From contig NC_134476.1 of NCBI RefSeq assembly GCF_964194025.1, forward strand, positions 60,636,001 to 60,700,000: a stretch of 64,000 nt of DNA, in the 5' to 3' direction. A program made the position numbers and the translations under genes. Below the pieces are notes generated by a model. It had not been told where the DNA came from and did no database searches. It saw nothing but the letters and a program-made list of their open reading frames with translations. This document shows positions 36,697 to 49,700 of this stretch, piece after piece. Source of the DNA: Convolutriloba macropyga (taxonomy: Eukaryota). Within the stretch, counting starts at the first letter, position 1. The number at the start of each line of letters is the position of its first letter.

Positions 36697-38768
36697 TCAT
36701 GCCAACCTGCCTACATGCAATGTTATGTTCGCCTAAAACACCCCCCGCGCCTCACAATAAAGCCGGACTTGTGTTCAATTTGCACGCTTGCATTCATTTC
36801 CCTATTATGGGGTTGGGGCAACTCGGAAAGTCAAGCTTACATTTTTGATAATTTTCAACTTGTTAATTTGGTGGTACTTCATTTGTGATTCGTATGTCCA
36901 TAAGGATTAGCCATGCTTCCATAATTATAGTGCTGGAAATGAGCTGTCGGTGCAGAGATCTTGCGTAGGCGTGTAAAAAGAGAAGTAGCAAAATCGTGGT
37001 CTATTTCGGAATCAATTTTTTTATCCAGACTAGTTAGTGAAACTGGTTTAAGAATTTCATCTGCTTCGTGTATGTTTTTCTTCAATATTTTTACATTTAA
37101 TAGTTAAAAATTTTGTGTAATAGAAAATAGTGATAAAATTTGCATAGAGGTAACTTAAAAGATTAATCGTAAATTTTTTATTTGAATGATTAAATGTGTA
37201 GACCTATCCCGTATTTAATTGTTTTTCGGGCAATTTACGCGAAAGTTTTATGAACAGAAGTTAAATATGAATTGCAATGCTGATAAGAGCACGAGTAGTT
37301 AGAAACATGTAGAGAACCACTACATCCGTAGCTGCTTGTAAAAATGAAAACAATATTTTCATTTTTCACTTTTAAATTTTTAGTTCGTCTGTTGGAGTGG
37401 AGCAATATTTAAACAATTTACTTTGGTTTTTAATTACGGCAAAGCGAGTTTATTTTAAAAGCGTAACAATGGTGGGGGAAATTTTCTCTCAGCCGTTAAA
37501 GACGTTGGTTACGAACAATCGAGGAATTTTTGACTTAATCTGACCATATCAATTTTTGGGACTAATTTGAAACTTCTCATTAAAAAGTTGTCTCAATTTG
37601 AATGCACATATTAATATTTCTTCTTCCATACGCTGGCTAAGTCCACTTTGCAGTGTAACTGATTTTAATTAACAAAATTGCCTAGTAGTACTGGTAGCCA
37701 TTATATTAAGGTTCAGTTTGGTCTAGCTAATCTATAATAATTGCCGTTCTAGAGTTCCCTCGATATTTCAATTATCGAGTCACGCTCAGTGTAATTTTCC
37801 GAGTAGTTTAAGTACAAACAAACAAAAATAGGAAAATATTTTCCTTTTTTTCTGCTGTTGTTCTAGTATGATCCAACTCAGGAAAGTGATAATGATCTCA
37901 TTATAGATATTCGCCTAATAGATAACGCTGCTCAAAAATATTTGTATCTTCATTTGTCTCGTTGATCATGGACATTGAATCTCTCTACTAAATCTCAAGA
38001 GTTTTACACTAGATTTGTTTTTTACTTGATGAAGTCATTTTTGCAACTTAATTGAAATTTTTTTCCGCCAGTTTAAATCCACATTTCAACAGATTATGGG
38101 CCGAGAAGTTTTAATCAGGAAGTTCATTTTGGAAACATTCACATGAACAAAAAAACTATGAACTAATAATTAGTCAATTTTGCAATTTCTTCAATAATTA
38201 TAAAAAGATGTTTCTCTGTCAGCTTCTGGAAATTTTGTTAGCTAGCTTTTAATTTCTCATCAGACGCTGAACAAAAAATAGTTCAATTTAGGTGTTTCTT
38301 TGAATACTTGAACGAGTAAATTGTATATTACGCTTTTTTCAACATTTTGTTTACCCAATCAAAATCAGGCTGACAATCTGAAGCTGATTGTTTTCACTTA
38401 ATTTCTCTAACCCTCTCGTCCTCTTTCTAACTTTTTTGACGTTAAACATTTGCTGTTGTTTTTATGACTTTTTGTTTTCTTGATCTTCCGCTCATTTGGC
38501 GAGGCAATGATCTCTAGGATAATGTCCCCTCTCATAGAGCGAGAGCAAGATTTATCAATATACTCTCCATGGGGACAGTAAAGCAATACAATTATATGCT
38601 GTCTTTATGTTGGTCCTAACCATAGGTTATTGTGTTTTTATTTTCCTCGTCTTCTCTCCCGGTATATGTTTTTCCTTTTTTTGTTTTGCTTTCAGTAGCT
38701 GACGGGGATTTCTATCCTATGTTTTGTTGTATAACTGCTGTCTTATTTTTTTTCTTTTTAACTTTTTT

Positions 38769-39235
38769 AATAGCCGCAAAGCGGTAGCTGAGTTTCGTCA
38801 ACAAGATTTTTTTAGGACCAAATGACGTCAAAATCACTTCAAATCTGCTTTTTGTTCATTCGTTCATGCAATTCCAACTGAATTGCGTGCGTGACGTCAC
38901 TTTTAGTGGAGAGTGTTTGTTCAGTCGCGTGATTAATTTTTTGATCACTCTTGACTTACCTTACTCTCAAAAATGACTTCCTCCCTCTGAAATTGACTTT
39001 TCTGTACTTCAATTGAGATAGGGTCAAATGGGTGTGTGTCACTCTAATTGAATGATCTTTATGAGGAGCTGTCAGAAGCACCAATAAGTTAAGCAGACAC
39101 TTAATCAAAATATAGCATCAGCTTTTAATAAAATAAATTTTCTTTTGTCTGTTTCTTTTACTATCATTTTGAAACTACAGATCTACGAAGCTTTTGCGGC
39201 TATTTACCCAACTGGTTAATCTACCAGCTATGTTT
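38769..39235 (+). mobile_element. Non-autonomous Helentron/HINE-like element, family A (short copy)
   Basis: 5' AATAGCCGCAAA (38769) and its reverse complement TTTGCGGCTATT (39193-39204), then the stem-loop CTGGT-taatct-ACCAG and T-rich flanks. The body is homologous to ~60980-61395. Confidence 0.7.
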
Positions 39236-42210
39236 CTTTATTTGGTGTTTAGACTCTATTTGGTCTGACGGGCTTCAGCGTTTTTTTTTTCAAAATCTTC
39301 ACTTTTAATTCTTATTCAGGACTTCGCTTGTAGAATTTTTTCCGATTTCATACAAGGATTTGATTGTATACGTATATGATTTGATACTGTTCATGCTCAA
39401 TTTCTGAGTACGACCCTACTCTGAAACCACAGAAATCATACATCTTTTTCCTAAAGTCTTTTCTAAAGTCTCTACATAACTAAGGTCTTAATATTATATG
39501 GCGACAGTTTATACCTATAAAAACTATAAAGAAATATGCATTTTTTGTTTTTCAACTTCTACCAAATATGGAGAGTATTTGATTTTTCGGTTTAAAAAAA
39601 TGCATGATTCTTGTATGATTTACATGAAATCGTACATCTTGTATGACTACTATGGAATCCTACAAATCATCTATAACCTAGCATGATTACTAAGAACCAT
39701 ATATGACCCTGGAACTAGTAAGAAATCAAAGAAAATTGTATAATGGGTTACCCGGGTTGTCCTGATATTGAACAATCTTGTCAACTTCGTTCTTGCGAAC
39801 AGCGAGGTGACGCTTACTTCGATATTTTGTTTTTGTTAATTCACTCAATTATGAGATACGCCGATGACGTCATTGTTACACTTATTTTAATGAGTTAATC
39901 TGTTTTTAGCGTGAATTTCCTCACTTTTGGTAGGAGTTGAAGTCAATATCAGGATTTCTCGCCATAATTGAAGTTTACAGTACATCACGCTCTACCACTG
40001 TTCTAATTGTTGTTTGGATGAATTAGACATTCTGCAGATTATTATTTTTCTCTCTAGGTGGCATAAAGAATTGATGACAGCACATTTTCAGCAGTTTCTG
40101 GAGATTTGAGCATTAATTTTGGCAAGTAAGCAAAAATGACAAACCTATAAATGTCGCACTGAAAGGTAGCAAAATTTCAAATCTCGACGAATAACTTAAA
40201 ATTTAAGATATCTGTTTTATTTGAATTATTTCTCTGTAATTATGTACCAGGAATAAATGTTTTCAACTCCGTCTCACGAAGTTCGACATCGCAATTAAGT
40301 GGTGAGTTTAGTTCAATAATTAAAATCAATTTGAAAAATTGAGACAGTTTTAAAGGTGGAATGGAGTCTGTGCATGAAATCATAGATGTTTCAAAGTAAG
40401 ACTGTGAAGAACATTGTATTTTTCAAGCAGCTTCTCTAAAAATAATTGTTTGAACTGCAGAAGTATACTATCAGTTTTAAATGCCTAGTTTAGTCCGCTG
40501 ATAGATGAATTTTCTGCGAAATTTGTATTAAATTGTAAAGCTCTAATGAAGTGTTTTGGTGTCTGGTGCGTATATATTATAAGCAGTGATTGATAAAAAG
40601 TTGAAGTGTCCAATTCAAACTGGGCCTCCCATGCTTAAATTTGGGGAGTAAATTAACACAATTGGGCGAGTATCGATCGATAGAGGCAAATTCAAGTTAA
40701 GATTGTGACTTGAGAACCTACACAGTTCATTAGCTGTGTAAACAACAAATCCTTGTTCTCTTTTTCAACTCAAGATTAAAAACTCATGTCAAATTTAAAC
40801 ATCGCCTTGACTAAAGAAAGTAAACATTATTCTCAATGGAAATAAAGCCCTTTGCTCCAATTTGCGTGAACGTGGTGGATTATTAATGACTGAGTTAGAA
40901 ACATTTCGAATGAATTTCATAATTGTGCATAATTGTTTCATATTGTCTTAATTTTATTTCTAATATTGTCGAAATAATTAATAACAGTTTGAAATTTTCT
41001 GAACTTTTTGTTGTTTTAGTTTTTGCTGATGCACATTGCTTTTTCAGATGTGGTTTTAGATTAAACAGCCAGATAACAACAGAAGAGGGTGGACAAAATT
41101 GGTATGGATTTATTTGGAAAATTGTTCAGGTTATAAATATAATCCCATGTTGTATGATTGTTAACCTCGAAAAAAACTCAAGAATTGTAAACGTTTTTGC
41201 ATTTGTGCATGTTTTCGAATAACGGAAATTGTTTTTTGAAAACATAAAAAGAAAAGATTTGATACATTTTTCAATTTTGTTTTTTTTAAGCTTAAAATTG
41301 TCGGAAGTTCATTATACGACCGGTTGAATGATAAGCAGATAGATAACAATTAAATATCAAATTAACACCTAGAATTTCAAAACAAGTGTAATTATTTTTC
41401 ATCGGGAATCGAATTTTACTTTGTCTTTTTTCTACTGTTTAATTTCTCGATTAAAACCAATTAAAGTGCTTATCATGAATTGTGATACCGTCATTTTGAC
41501 CTGACTTTTTACAAGTCAGTCATTTTGTAGCTTCCTGAGTGTAATTTTGATTATAATGAATTAAAATTCAAATTATTCAAAACTTTGGGAAAAAACTCAG
41601 AATGTTCAAAAAAGATTGATTGGCGGAAGTTTAAATCTGTCTTTGATTTTGTATAGACTTTCTGTTGAGAAACGTCTAAACTTCTGAAAACTTTCCCTCT
41701 TATATTAAAATTTTAAATGAAAAATTTTAAACAGTGAATTACGGGACGGGACCTGCTGAATAGCCATTAAGCTTTAAAGTTTCAATCATTTTTTGTCGAA
41801 ACTCGTTTTTCGCCGCAAGTTAACAACTATTTGTTTTTATGTTGATGTTTAAACATCAGCACTATTTGTAGCTGATGAGCTGGCATGCGACTTGAAACTT
41901 ATGTGAAGAACTGGGAGAATCTTGAAAGAAATTAAAAATGGAAAAGATGTAATTTTTTAGTTGATGATTAATTGTTACGCCTGGCAAAATCCCCCGCGTT
42001 CTTTGTTTATTTGATCGGTTGAAATCAACTTAAGTGCCCATCATGAACTGTGGTACGCCTTTTTTCTAACTTTATGTAGTCCGATGCTATTATCCGATGC
42101 CCTGCACTAATATATAAAGAGCCTCTAGACCCGGACTTGTAAGCCTGTTCAAATTGGGAAATCTATTCCTGGCAGGTTTTTTTTTTCACTGAAATCGTTT
42201 GCCTTTTAGT

Positions 42211-43092
42211 AATAGCCGCCCTCATCTTCTTGTTGGCTATTATTGTTCTATTTTTTGCAATTCAAAGAATTTGAATTGTGGTAGTGCTATGTTCTTTTTT
42301 TAAAGATCTGTTCACACAATTTATGATTTTTAGTCAAATTGAAGTGATGTTTTTGGTAACGACAAAACAGGAAGTTGAGCGAAAAAGCGAGTGGATTTCG
42401 GGCGAGAAGTTTTTTTTCGATTTTTTAAAGTAGAGTGAGAAAACGCTGTTTGAACAAAATTTAGCTTTCTTGCCTGTGGTTTTCTGTTCACATGCTTTTT
42501 ACTGTTTTTGTTCCCTTTTTTTATCAGATTTTTTTGTCTAAACGGTGTTTTCAATTCTTTCATAGTCCATTCGTTGTCTAGTTTTTTGTTTAGTTAATGA
42601 AAATTCTTGGAATTATTTCAGGACTTCCCCTGTTATGTTTTTTTGTCTTAAAATTTTATTCGCTTTGGCTTTGTTCACAGCTTGTTCAACATTTTCCTTA
42701 AAATATTTTTGGCTTATCTAGGTTAAATTCATTCTTCGCTTATTCTGCTGAAAGTGTTTTTAAAGAACAGTTGCCTGAAAGGAACGGAATCAGTATCAAA
42801 AAATGTGATCGAAGTGAAGACGGGATAAGCCCAATTTTGGATGCCCGCTACTTGAACTTTGTTCTTATGTCTTAGTTAACATATCTACTGCCTTTTGGCA
42901 TCAATGATAAGCCTTAAATCCTCTCCTTAAGAAACAGCAGTATGCATAACTACAAAATCCAATCAAAATAGTTGGCACCGAAAATGTCTTTCTACAACAA
43001 TCGGTTTTTATCATTGTATTTCTTATTCTTCAATCCCAATCCGTGTTATAGGAATCAATGACGGCTATTTTCTGGCAATCTGCCGGGTATTT
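42211..43092 (+). mobile_element. Family A element, copy with different interior
   Basis: Starts AATAGCCGC, shares CAATTCAAAGAATTTGAATTGT...TGTTCACACA with 59250-59315, and ends CGGCTATTTTCTGGCAATCTGCCGG. Confidence 0.6.
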
Positions 43093-46000
43093 GTTACGAA
43101 TAGAGCAATAGATAAACAAAATTTTTTAGCTTCTAAATTTTAATTTTTAGATAGCGATTAGGGGAAATTTGAGTAAAGAATTTTGTAGAGCGAATTTACT
43201 ATTCAACTAACAGTTTCTCTATGTGTTAAGCAATTCACAAAATATTTCATTTTTCAATTATTGAAAAGAAAAACAAAAAATGAAAACAACATTTTGTGTT
43301 GTTTACTTTGTGCAAATTATTTTTATAATGAATGCTTGTAGTTCACTAAACTTCGATTAGCTATAACAAGAGAAATAATTGATACATATCCATTGATAAA
43401 AAGGAATTTGTTTTGGGAAACAAATCAAATGGGTTAATTGTTAACTCCTCCTTTTTGCTTTCCTGTAAGTTTGAATTTCTTAGAAGTAGAGGTTTCGTGG
43501 TTTATAGGGAATCATATATAGTGAAAATCGTATGCAAAAAGTTTAGTTTAATTGTATTTTAATCTGATTTCTCTTAGTTTCAATTACGCCATATTTTTTG
43601 AAAATATGGATGATAGTATTTCTTTTTTTAAAAAATGTTAAAAATGAACAATCTTTGGATTCCAAACATCAAAGAAAGATTCAAACTCCTCGTCAGTACT
43701 CATTTTAGATGTTTTCAATTTTTTAGCAGTCGGCTTTTTAAAGGGGCTATAAATTGTCTAATAATTTCCAAAACATACAGAATACTTGATATAAAACGAT
43801 TCGGAATATATCTGCTCTTCATACTCTTATCTTCTTGAAATTTTCAATGAGTCTCTTAATTTATTTGGAGTTTCTTTAAATGGCCCTTTTTTGTTAGAAG
43901 TTTTCCAACCATGTTTTCCTTCAATTTTCGAAGATCTTAGAATTATATTTCTCTGAATCAGTTGTATTCGGATATGTAGTCTAGTTCAATTAGACCCTTT
44001 TGTGTTTCAAAAAAATGTATTTTTTCTGAATTGTGGTGAAAACAACAAAAATGAAATATCAATGAAAAAAGGGTAAAGAGAAATCGAGTTTTTAAACGAC
44101 TTTTTTTGGTGCGCATATTAATCAAAGTCCTTTTACTTGGTTTCCCTCTTTGATCAGAAAGGATGGGACGAAATTTGCAAAACCACATCAGTTGCATGTC
44201 AGAAGTTGCGGCTGGATTGGCTTAAAACTTTCAATGAGTTTTTTTCGAAATTCGTTTGCCTCAATTTTCACAATTTTTTTTGGTATTTTTGGTGATATTG
44301 GGACATCGGCACTATCAGATAATAGTTTGAGTCTTTTAAATCTAACCCTCAAGTAAAAGGAGTGGAGTGATGAGAAATTATCCAAATGAAAGGGCTTGTG
44401 AAGAAACTTAATTCTCTGAAATCAAATGAAAATTCTTACAAGCTTGAGAGGCATGTTTTTATCACTCATCTGCTGACTTGTTTTTATCAGAGCCCAGAAA
44501 ATTTTGCTGTTTTTTGGTCTTCTGCTTTCGTTGTCTTATGGAGAAGCTGAGTTGGCTGCTTTGGGAACATATACTCAAAAAGTTATAACATTTTATTTCT
44601 TGCAAGTGATCCTGGCTATGGTTTTCAATTTAGATTAGCTCTCATTTCTCAATTCTTGCTGCAATATTTATCGTGGAGTTTGTCGACATTTTTTTCAGAG
44701 TCTGTGTAGATTTTTTTCTGTATCAGGTTTGAATATCCTTCGATGTTTTGAAATATCCGCTTGAAATGACTGAACAGCTTTCACAATTTTTTTTTGCAAA
44801 TAGTTAATTTTAATTAGGGAGCAACTATGAATATTTTAACCTGATTAAGTTGAATTTGACATAAAAATTTTCCGTTTCGCAAATGGCGGTTCAATGGCTG
44901 CAAATTATGACTCAAATGCTTTATGGTTTTTAGCAGTTTGAGCTTAATTTTAACTAGGAAAGCAAATATTTTGAGTTTTGAAAAACGAAATAATACAAAG
45001 TTGTTTTAATTCGAAACTAATCGTTTATTTTGTCGAACTATCATCAGCAATAATATTTATTGCACTGCTCGTTGGTTTCATTGGTTAATTCAAGAATGCA
45101 TAAATACAAAATTAAATATTGCAAGTATCAAAGTTCACACCGCCAATTGACCAAATTTTTTTGATATTTTTAAAACTGTCTCGGGTTCCGCGCCGTTGTA
45201 ATCATTGACTTTACATCAGCTTTTAATATCTAGTATCTACCTAGTATATCTTTTGGCGGTGTAACGAATTATTGTACTCGAGTTATTGAGTTCGTTTTTT
45301 GCTATCTTGTCTAGTTTTGTTCTCGTTCATTGTTTGTCTTGTGTGTTGCTGTGTCCATGATGAAAATGAAGAATTTGTCTACAAATTAACATGAGAATGG
45401 TAGTTTCTGTAGGTTGTGTTGAAAATTGGCAGTCGATTGAAATTGAAAGTGTTCCATTGTCACATTCAGCATGTGGGTATTGCACATTGGAACCACGCCT
45501 GGCCCTGAATGAACACAAATTTTTGAATAATTTGATCAAATTTTTATGCACACGAAAATTGCCTACTATGTGCTCGTCTTGAGCATCTATTATAGGACAA
45601 ACTGAGAACTTTACAAAAATCCGATGTGTCAACGCCATTTTATATGATAATTGGTTCACTGTTCGGCCTTGATTGAGCCTTGTATTACAGCATATACAAA
45701 TTCAATTCTGAATTACGTATTGACCTAATTTTTCTCTTATAAATTCCAATTACGGCTAACAACACTTCAAAACAAATTAGACGTGCCATATTGATTGCTT
45801 TTGGGTTCATTGTGATAGTATGATCTAGCATACCTCAAAAATTTTGACTGTTTGGAAATGTTAACTAAAGGTGATAAAACACTCTTTCGTATGCTCAATT
45901 TAACTGATTCGAATGATATATAAAGCAAAGCAAAGTACAATCCAATAACGTATTAACATTGCTACGATAATAGCCACAAGTGGTTTTTAGACGGCAATTT

Positions 46001-46554
46001 TTGATGCTCATTTGGCCGGTATTTTGTCTAATAACGCATTAGTTCAATGCCAGTCACCATTTTGTACCAATGAATTCAAAAAGCCGAAAAATATTGAGCC
46101 GAATCATGTCTTATTTGATAGGTCTTATGATTAGATTTACTTGAAATTATGTTAATTGCACTTTTTCCGAGCTTTGTAGGTAAATTGGAACGATTTCTAT
46201 GCGTATTTAAATACTCGATTCTGATTGGCCAAGAAAAATGACGCATTTTGGTATATTACTCGTTTTACTCAGTAACATTAACTGATCGAATACTTTTTGT
46301 TTCTCGACTGATGGTGAATTGCATTAAGTCTGTAGTTAATGCTGGGCATTGAATACTTGATCTGCTGACTTGGATGGAACCAAAGAAGGGGGATACTGCA
46401 TTTTATGAAGTCACCTCATTATGTTTATTAGGATAGGCCGTCTAATACAGTCACATCACCCTCTCTAATACACCAATTGTTAGTGTCAAGCTTTGCCTCT
46501 CTCAGCTATGACCAAGTGAATTTATCTGTTCCTAACTGGAAAATGTTTCAACTA

Positions 46555-46774
46555 TTACTTAGAAGTGTGTGTTACCTTGAATGAGTCGGATCTTCTGACT
46601 GATTGGAAGCCCTTTTTGGCACACCTGGCGAACTCCTTCACACACTTGTCATCAATCACCCCTCCTGACCCCTCTTTCACTGGACATGGCACGCAGCTCT
46701 TCATCGGGTCAAAGGTCAACTCACACGCCCGACATGCTGTAGTGCCACACGAGTCACCACACTTCTGGTTCGTT
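46555..46774 (-). CDS. IGFBP-domain gene exon 5
   Basis: CTATGCAG|A; TNQKCGDSCGTTACRACELTFDPMKSCVPCPVKEGSGGVIDDKCVKEFARCAKKGFQSVRRSDSFK. The 3' end is ambiguous. Confidence 0.82.
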
Positions 46775-49700
46775 CTGCATAGAGTAAACAGAGACTGAAT
46801 GTTATCATACACTTGTGTTATTGCTATCGAGAATTCATCAAACTTCGAAGTGAAATCCAGTTGTTGAATAACTCTGAAAGGGCGTTAATGAACCCGTGTA
46901 ATGTTTTTAATAAACTTAAGCATAGCATTTCAAGAGTTTATTGTTCCGACCCCACTTTTTGGGGGAGGAACTGTGTGCTCAACTGTTTTTTCTGTTCAGT
47001 CAATTTTGGCAGATTGATATATTTATCGTAGAGAATTTGAGTGGTATGTAACCATCTTCAGGACTTACGTGTCTTAGTAACCCTGATGGGTTAATGAGGC
47101 TATTTTTCTAGTCTTCGTGGTTTTTTAGGATAAAAAATTTAGACATTTGTATCTAGATTTTTCGCTGTTTAGAGCCATTTTTCTGTTTTCATTTTTGCGG
47201 CCATTTGAGTGCATATGGTGTGTTAGAATACATCAAAGATTAAAATTAAAAAAAGATTTATTGTGTCTATCACGTACGGTATATTTGTGTAAATGGCGCT
47301 TAGATGCTGTTTGATTTGATCTGTGGGCAACTAATGATTTATCGAGTTTTGACACTACTTTTTACATTTTTTTTATTTTTTATTGATACTAAGTTCTAAT
47401 GCGGAGAGGTTTTGTTGAAATTCTAACGAAGTCTTTATCTACCTGCTGTTTTTTAGATATTCGTTTTGATTACTTTCAAACTATTTGTTTTTGTAGTAAT
47501 TTTGTAAATTTTGAGTTTTTTGTAGGTTTGTTTAAGTAATGACAGATGTTACTTATTCTCGACGTAAAAATGAAATTTAGGAATTGCTGGAGGTTTTAGT
47601 TTGTCGTGTTAATAACTGGCCATTTTTTAAAAGTGAATTTTGATTTTTGACTGTTTTTGTAGTTTTTCTTGTTGTCTTGCCCTTCAATCTCATTTATTTT
47701 GTCTACAAATCTTAAGACTACAAAGAGGCATATCTAAATCTAAATTTCCTTTTCATTTGAATAATTAGTCAAAGATATAGAACTGACCCCATTAAGTGCT
47801 GGAGATCTTTCAATTTAATGTCTATATTTGTTTTTCACTCATTTGATTTTTTAGTTGAATTTGGTCTTTTACAACAGAAGTTGTCAATATTTTAATTCAT
47901 GACAAGTCCAATCACTGTTCTGGAGAGGTTAATTGAAGCTTCCGAATTGGTCCAAATTGAAAGCTTTGCTTCAAAAAGTGACAGATTTTGGAAAAGTTTC
48001 TTGACTCGTGATTTTTGTTGACTGAAGTTAATCTGGCTAGCAAGATGACATAGCTGCTTCATGATCACACCTCTGCGCTTTTTTAGTGTTTTTTGATTCT
48101 GCTGAGATTGCAGTTTTTCTTCATATTTTTTTCGTATTTTTCTTCACAAGTGTGTGTGTGTGATAACCAATTTGTTGGAGCAAACTTTTGATCCCAGAGC
48201 AGAAATTAATGACTTCAGTCGAGGCTTCCCTCGTGTTTATATAGCTTGGGTAACCTCTGTTTTAGTTTGATACCTTTACCCCTTTCAATTCAGATTTCTA
48301 AGTGAGTTTTTATTTCTTTTTTATTTCTGGGCTCACGTTTTGGGCTCATGTTTTTTGTTGGTAAAATTAGTTGTTCACTAGATAAAATTGTCTGCCTTCT
48401 GCTGGAGAAATTGCGTTTATTTTTTGAAGCAAACATGCAAATTAACAATCATAACCCTTAGCTTAAATACATGTTCAAAATAATCACACGACCAACTATC
48501 TTGAGTTATTATATTATGAAACTTTAGCTCTTTTTTCTGAATTGAAGAATAGTACCTATAGAGCTGGTTTCTGGCGGAGCAGAGAGATCGAGGGTACTGT
48601 GAACAGAATGCCTCAGTGCAGTCAGGATGACAAACGTCTTCAGACTTGAATGGGGAGGGGGAGAAGCGGTTGGGGTCGTCCATGAGGTGCAGGTCTGGGT
48701 AGAGGGAAGAGTCGAGGTCTTTCTCTGGCAGGGGTTTTGTCTTCTTCCCACCACTTGAACCCTCATCTGAAAAGGAGAGGTTTGGTCTAGTATTGAGACA
48801 GGCTTAGGCTTTTTTTTTTGGGGGGGGGGGGGGGCTACCTAGAGTTTCACTCGTTGGTCGGATTGTTAATTTGGTTGATGTTCGACAGAGCACTTTACGG
48901 CAGAAATTGGAATTGTGTTGCAATAATTTAGAGAAAGTTCTAATGGTCAGTTCTCGCATAATCACAAATAATGAAATTGGAGGTTTATGGCTACCCTGCT
49001 AAATTTTACGTTCCGCTAGTACTTGAGCTTTGTTGGATGTTTGTTTTGTGGTGATGAATTCGAAAGCGAATAGCATTTAGAACTTGTCCTCTTTTGCGAT
49101 AATTGAGTGAGTTCGAAGGGTGTCAAATTGGTCTTTAGATTGAATGTGAAGACTCTAATTCGTCCTTGGCACAAAATGTAAAAATTTAAACTGAACAATA
49201 CTTAACAGATGTCAAGCTGTGCTCTTTTGAATTCTATCTGATTCTATTGTCTTTCTTCTCAATTCACTCCACTTCCTTCTATCAACGTATAGATCGCTGA
49301 GTGATTCAGGATGTAGTAATTTTTCTGACATAAAGGAGAAAAAATTCCATTTTAAAGCTGGGAACTCATTTTTAAATGCGTCGTAAAATTTCAAAACAAT
49401 ATCCAAGGGCTTGATTGAAAAGATTTTTGTTAACTTGCTATAGTTTGAAATTAAGAAACGAAAAATTTAAATTGACTAATGCGACTGCAAAATTTTTTAC
49501 GATTCTTTTGAGTCCATTTATAATGTATGACAAGATTTGATAAGATTCGAACCGTTTTGCACACTTATTACGTAAGTTTGATTTTCAGAAGTTTTGCCTC
49601 TTATGTAGCTATACTAATCATTATCAGTACAAAAAATGCGGTCGTTTTTGGGGCGGAAAAAACTTGAGGCGAAATATATAATGAAAATGAGAAGTTTGCA

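Noticed and set aside
36879-37085. 68-aa ORF with a faint BESS/MADF-like segment (DHDFATSLFTRLRKI)
   Set aside because: Too short and weak to support without a profile search.
46211-46230. AATACTCGATTCTGATTGG shared with 8048-8066
   Set aside because: Only ~19 bp (includes a CCAAT box). Probably the end of a common repeat, and no element boundaries could be defined.
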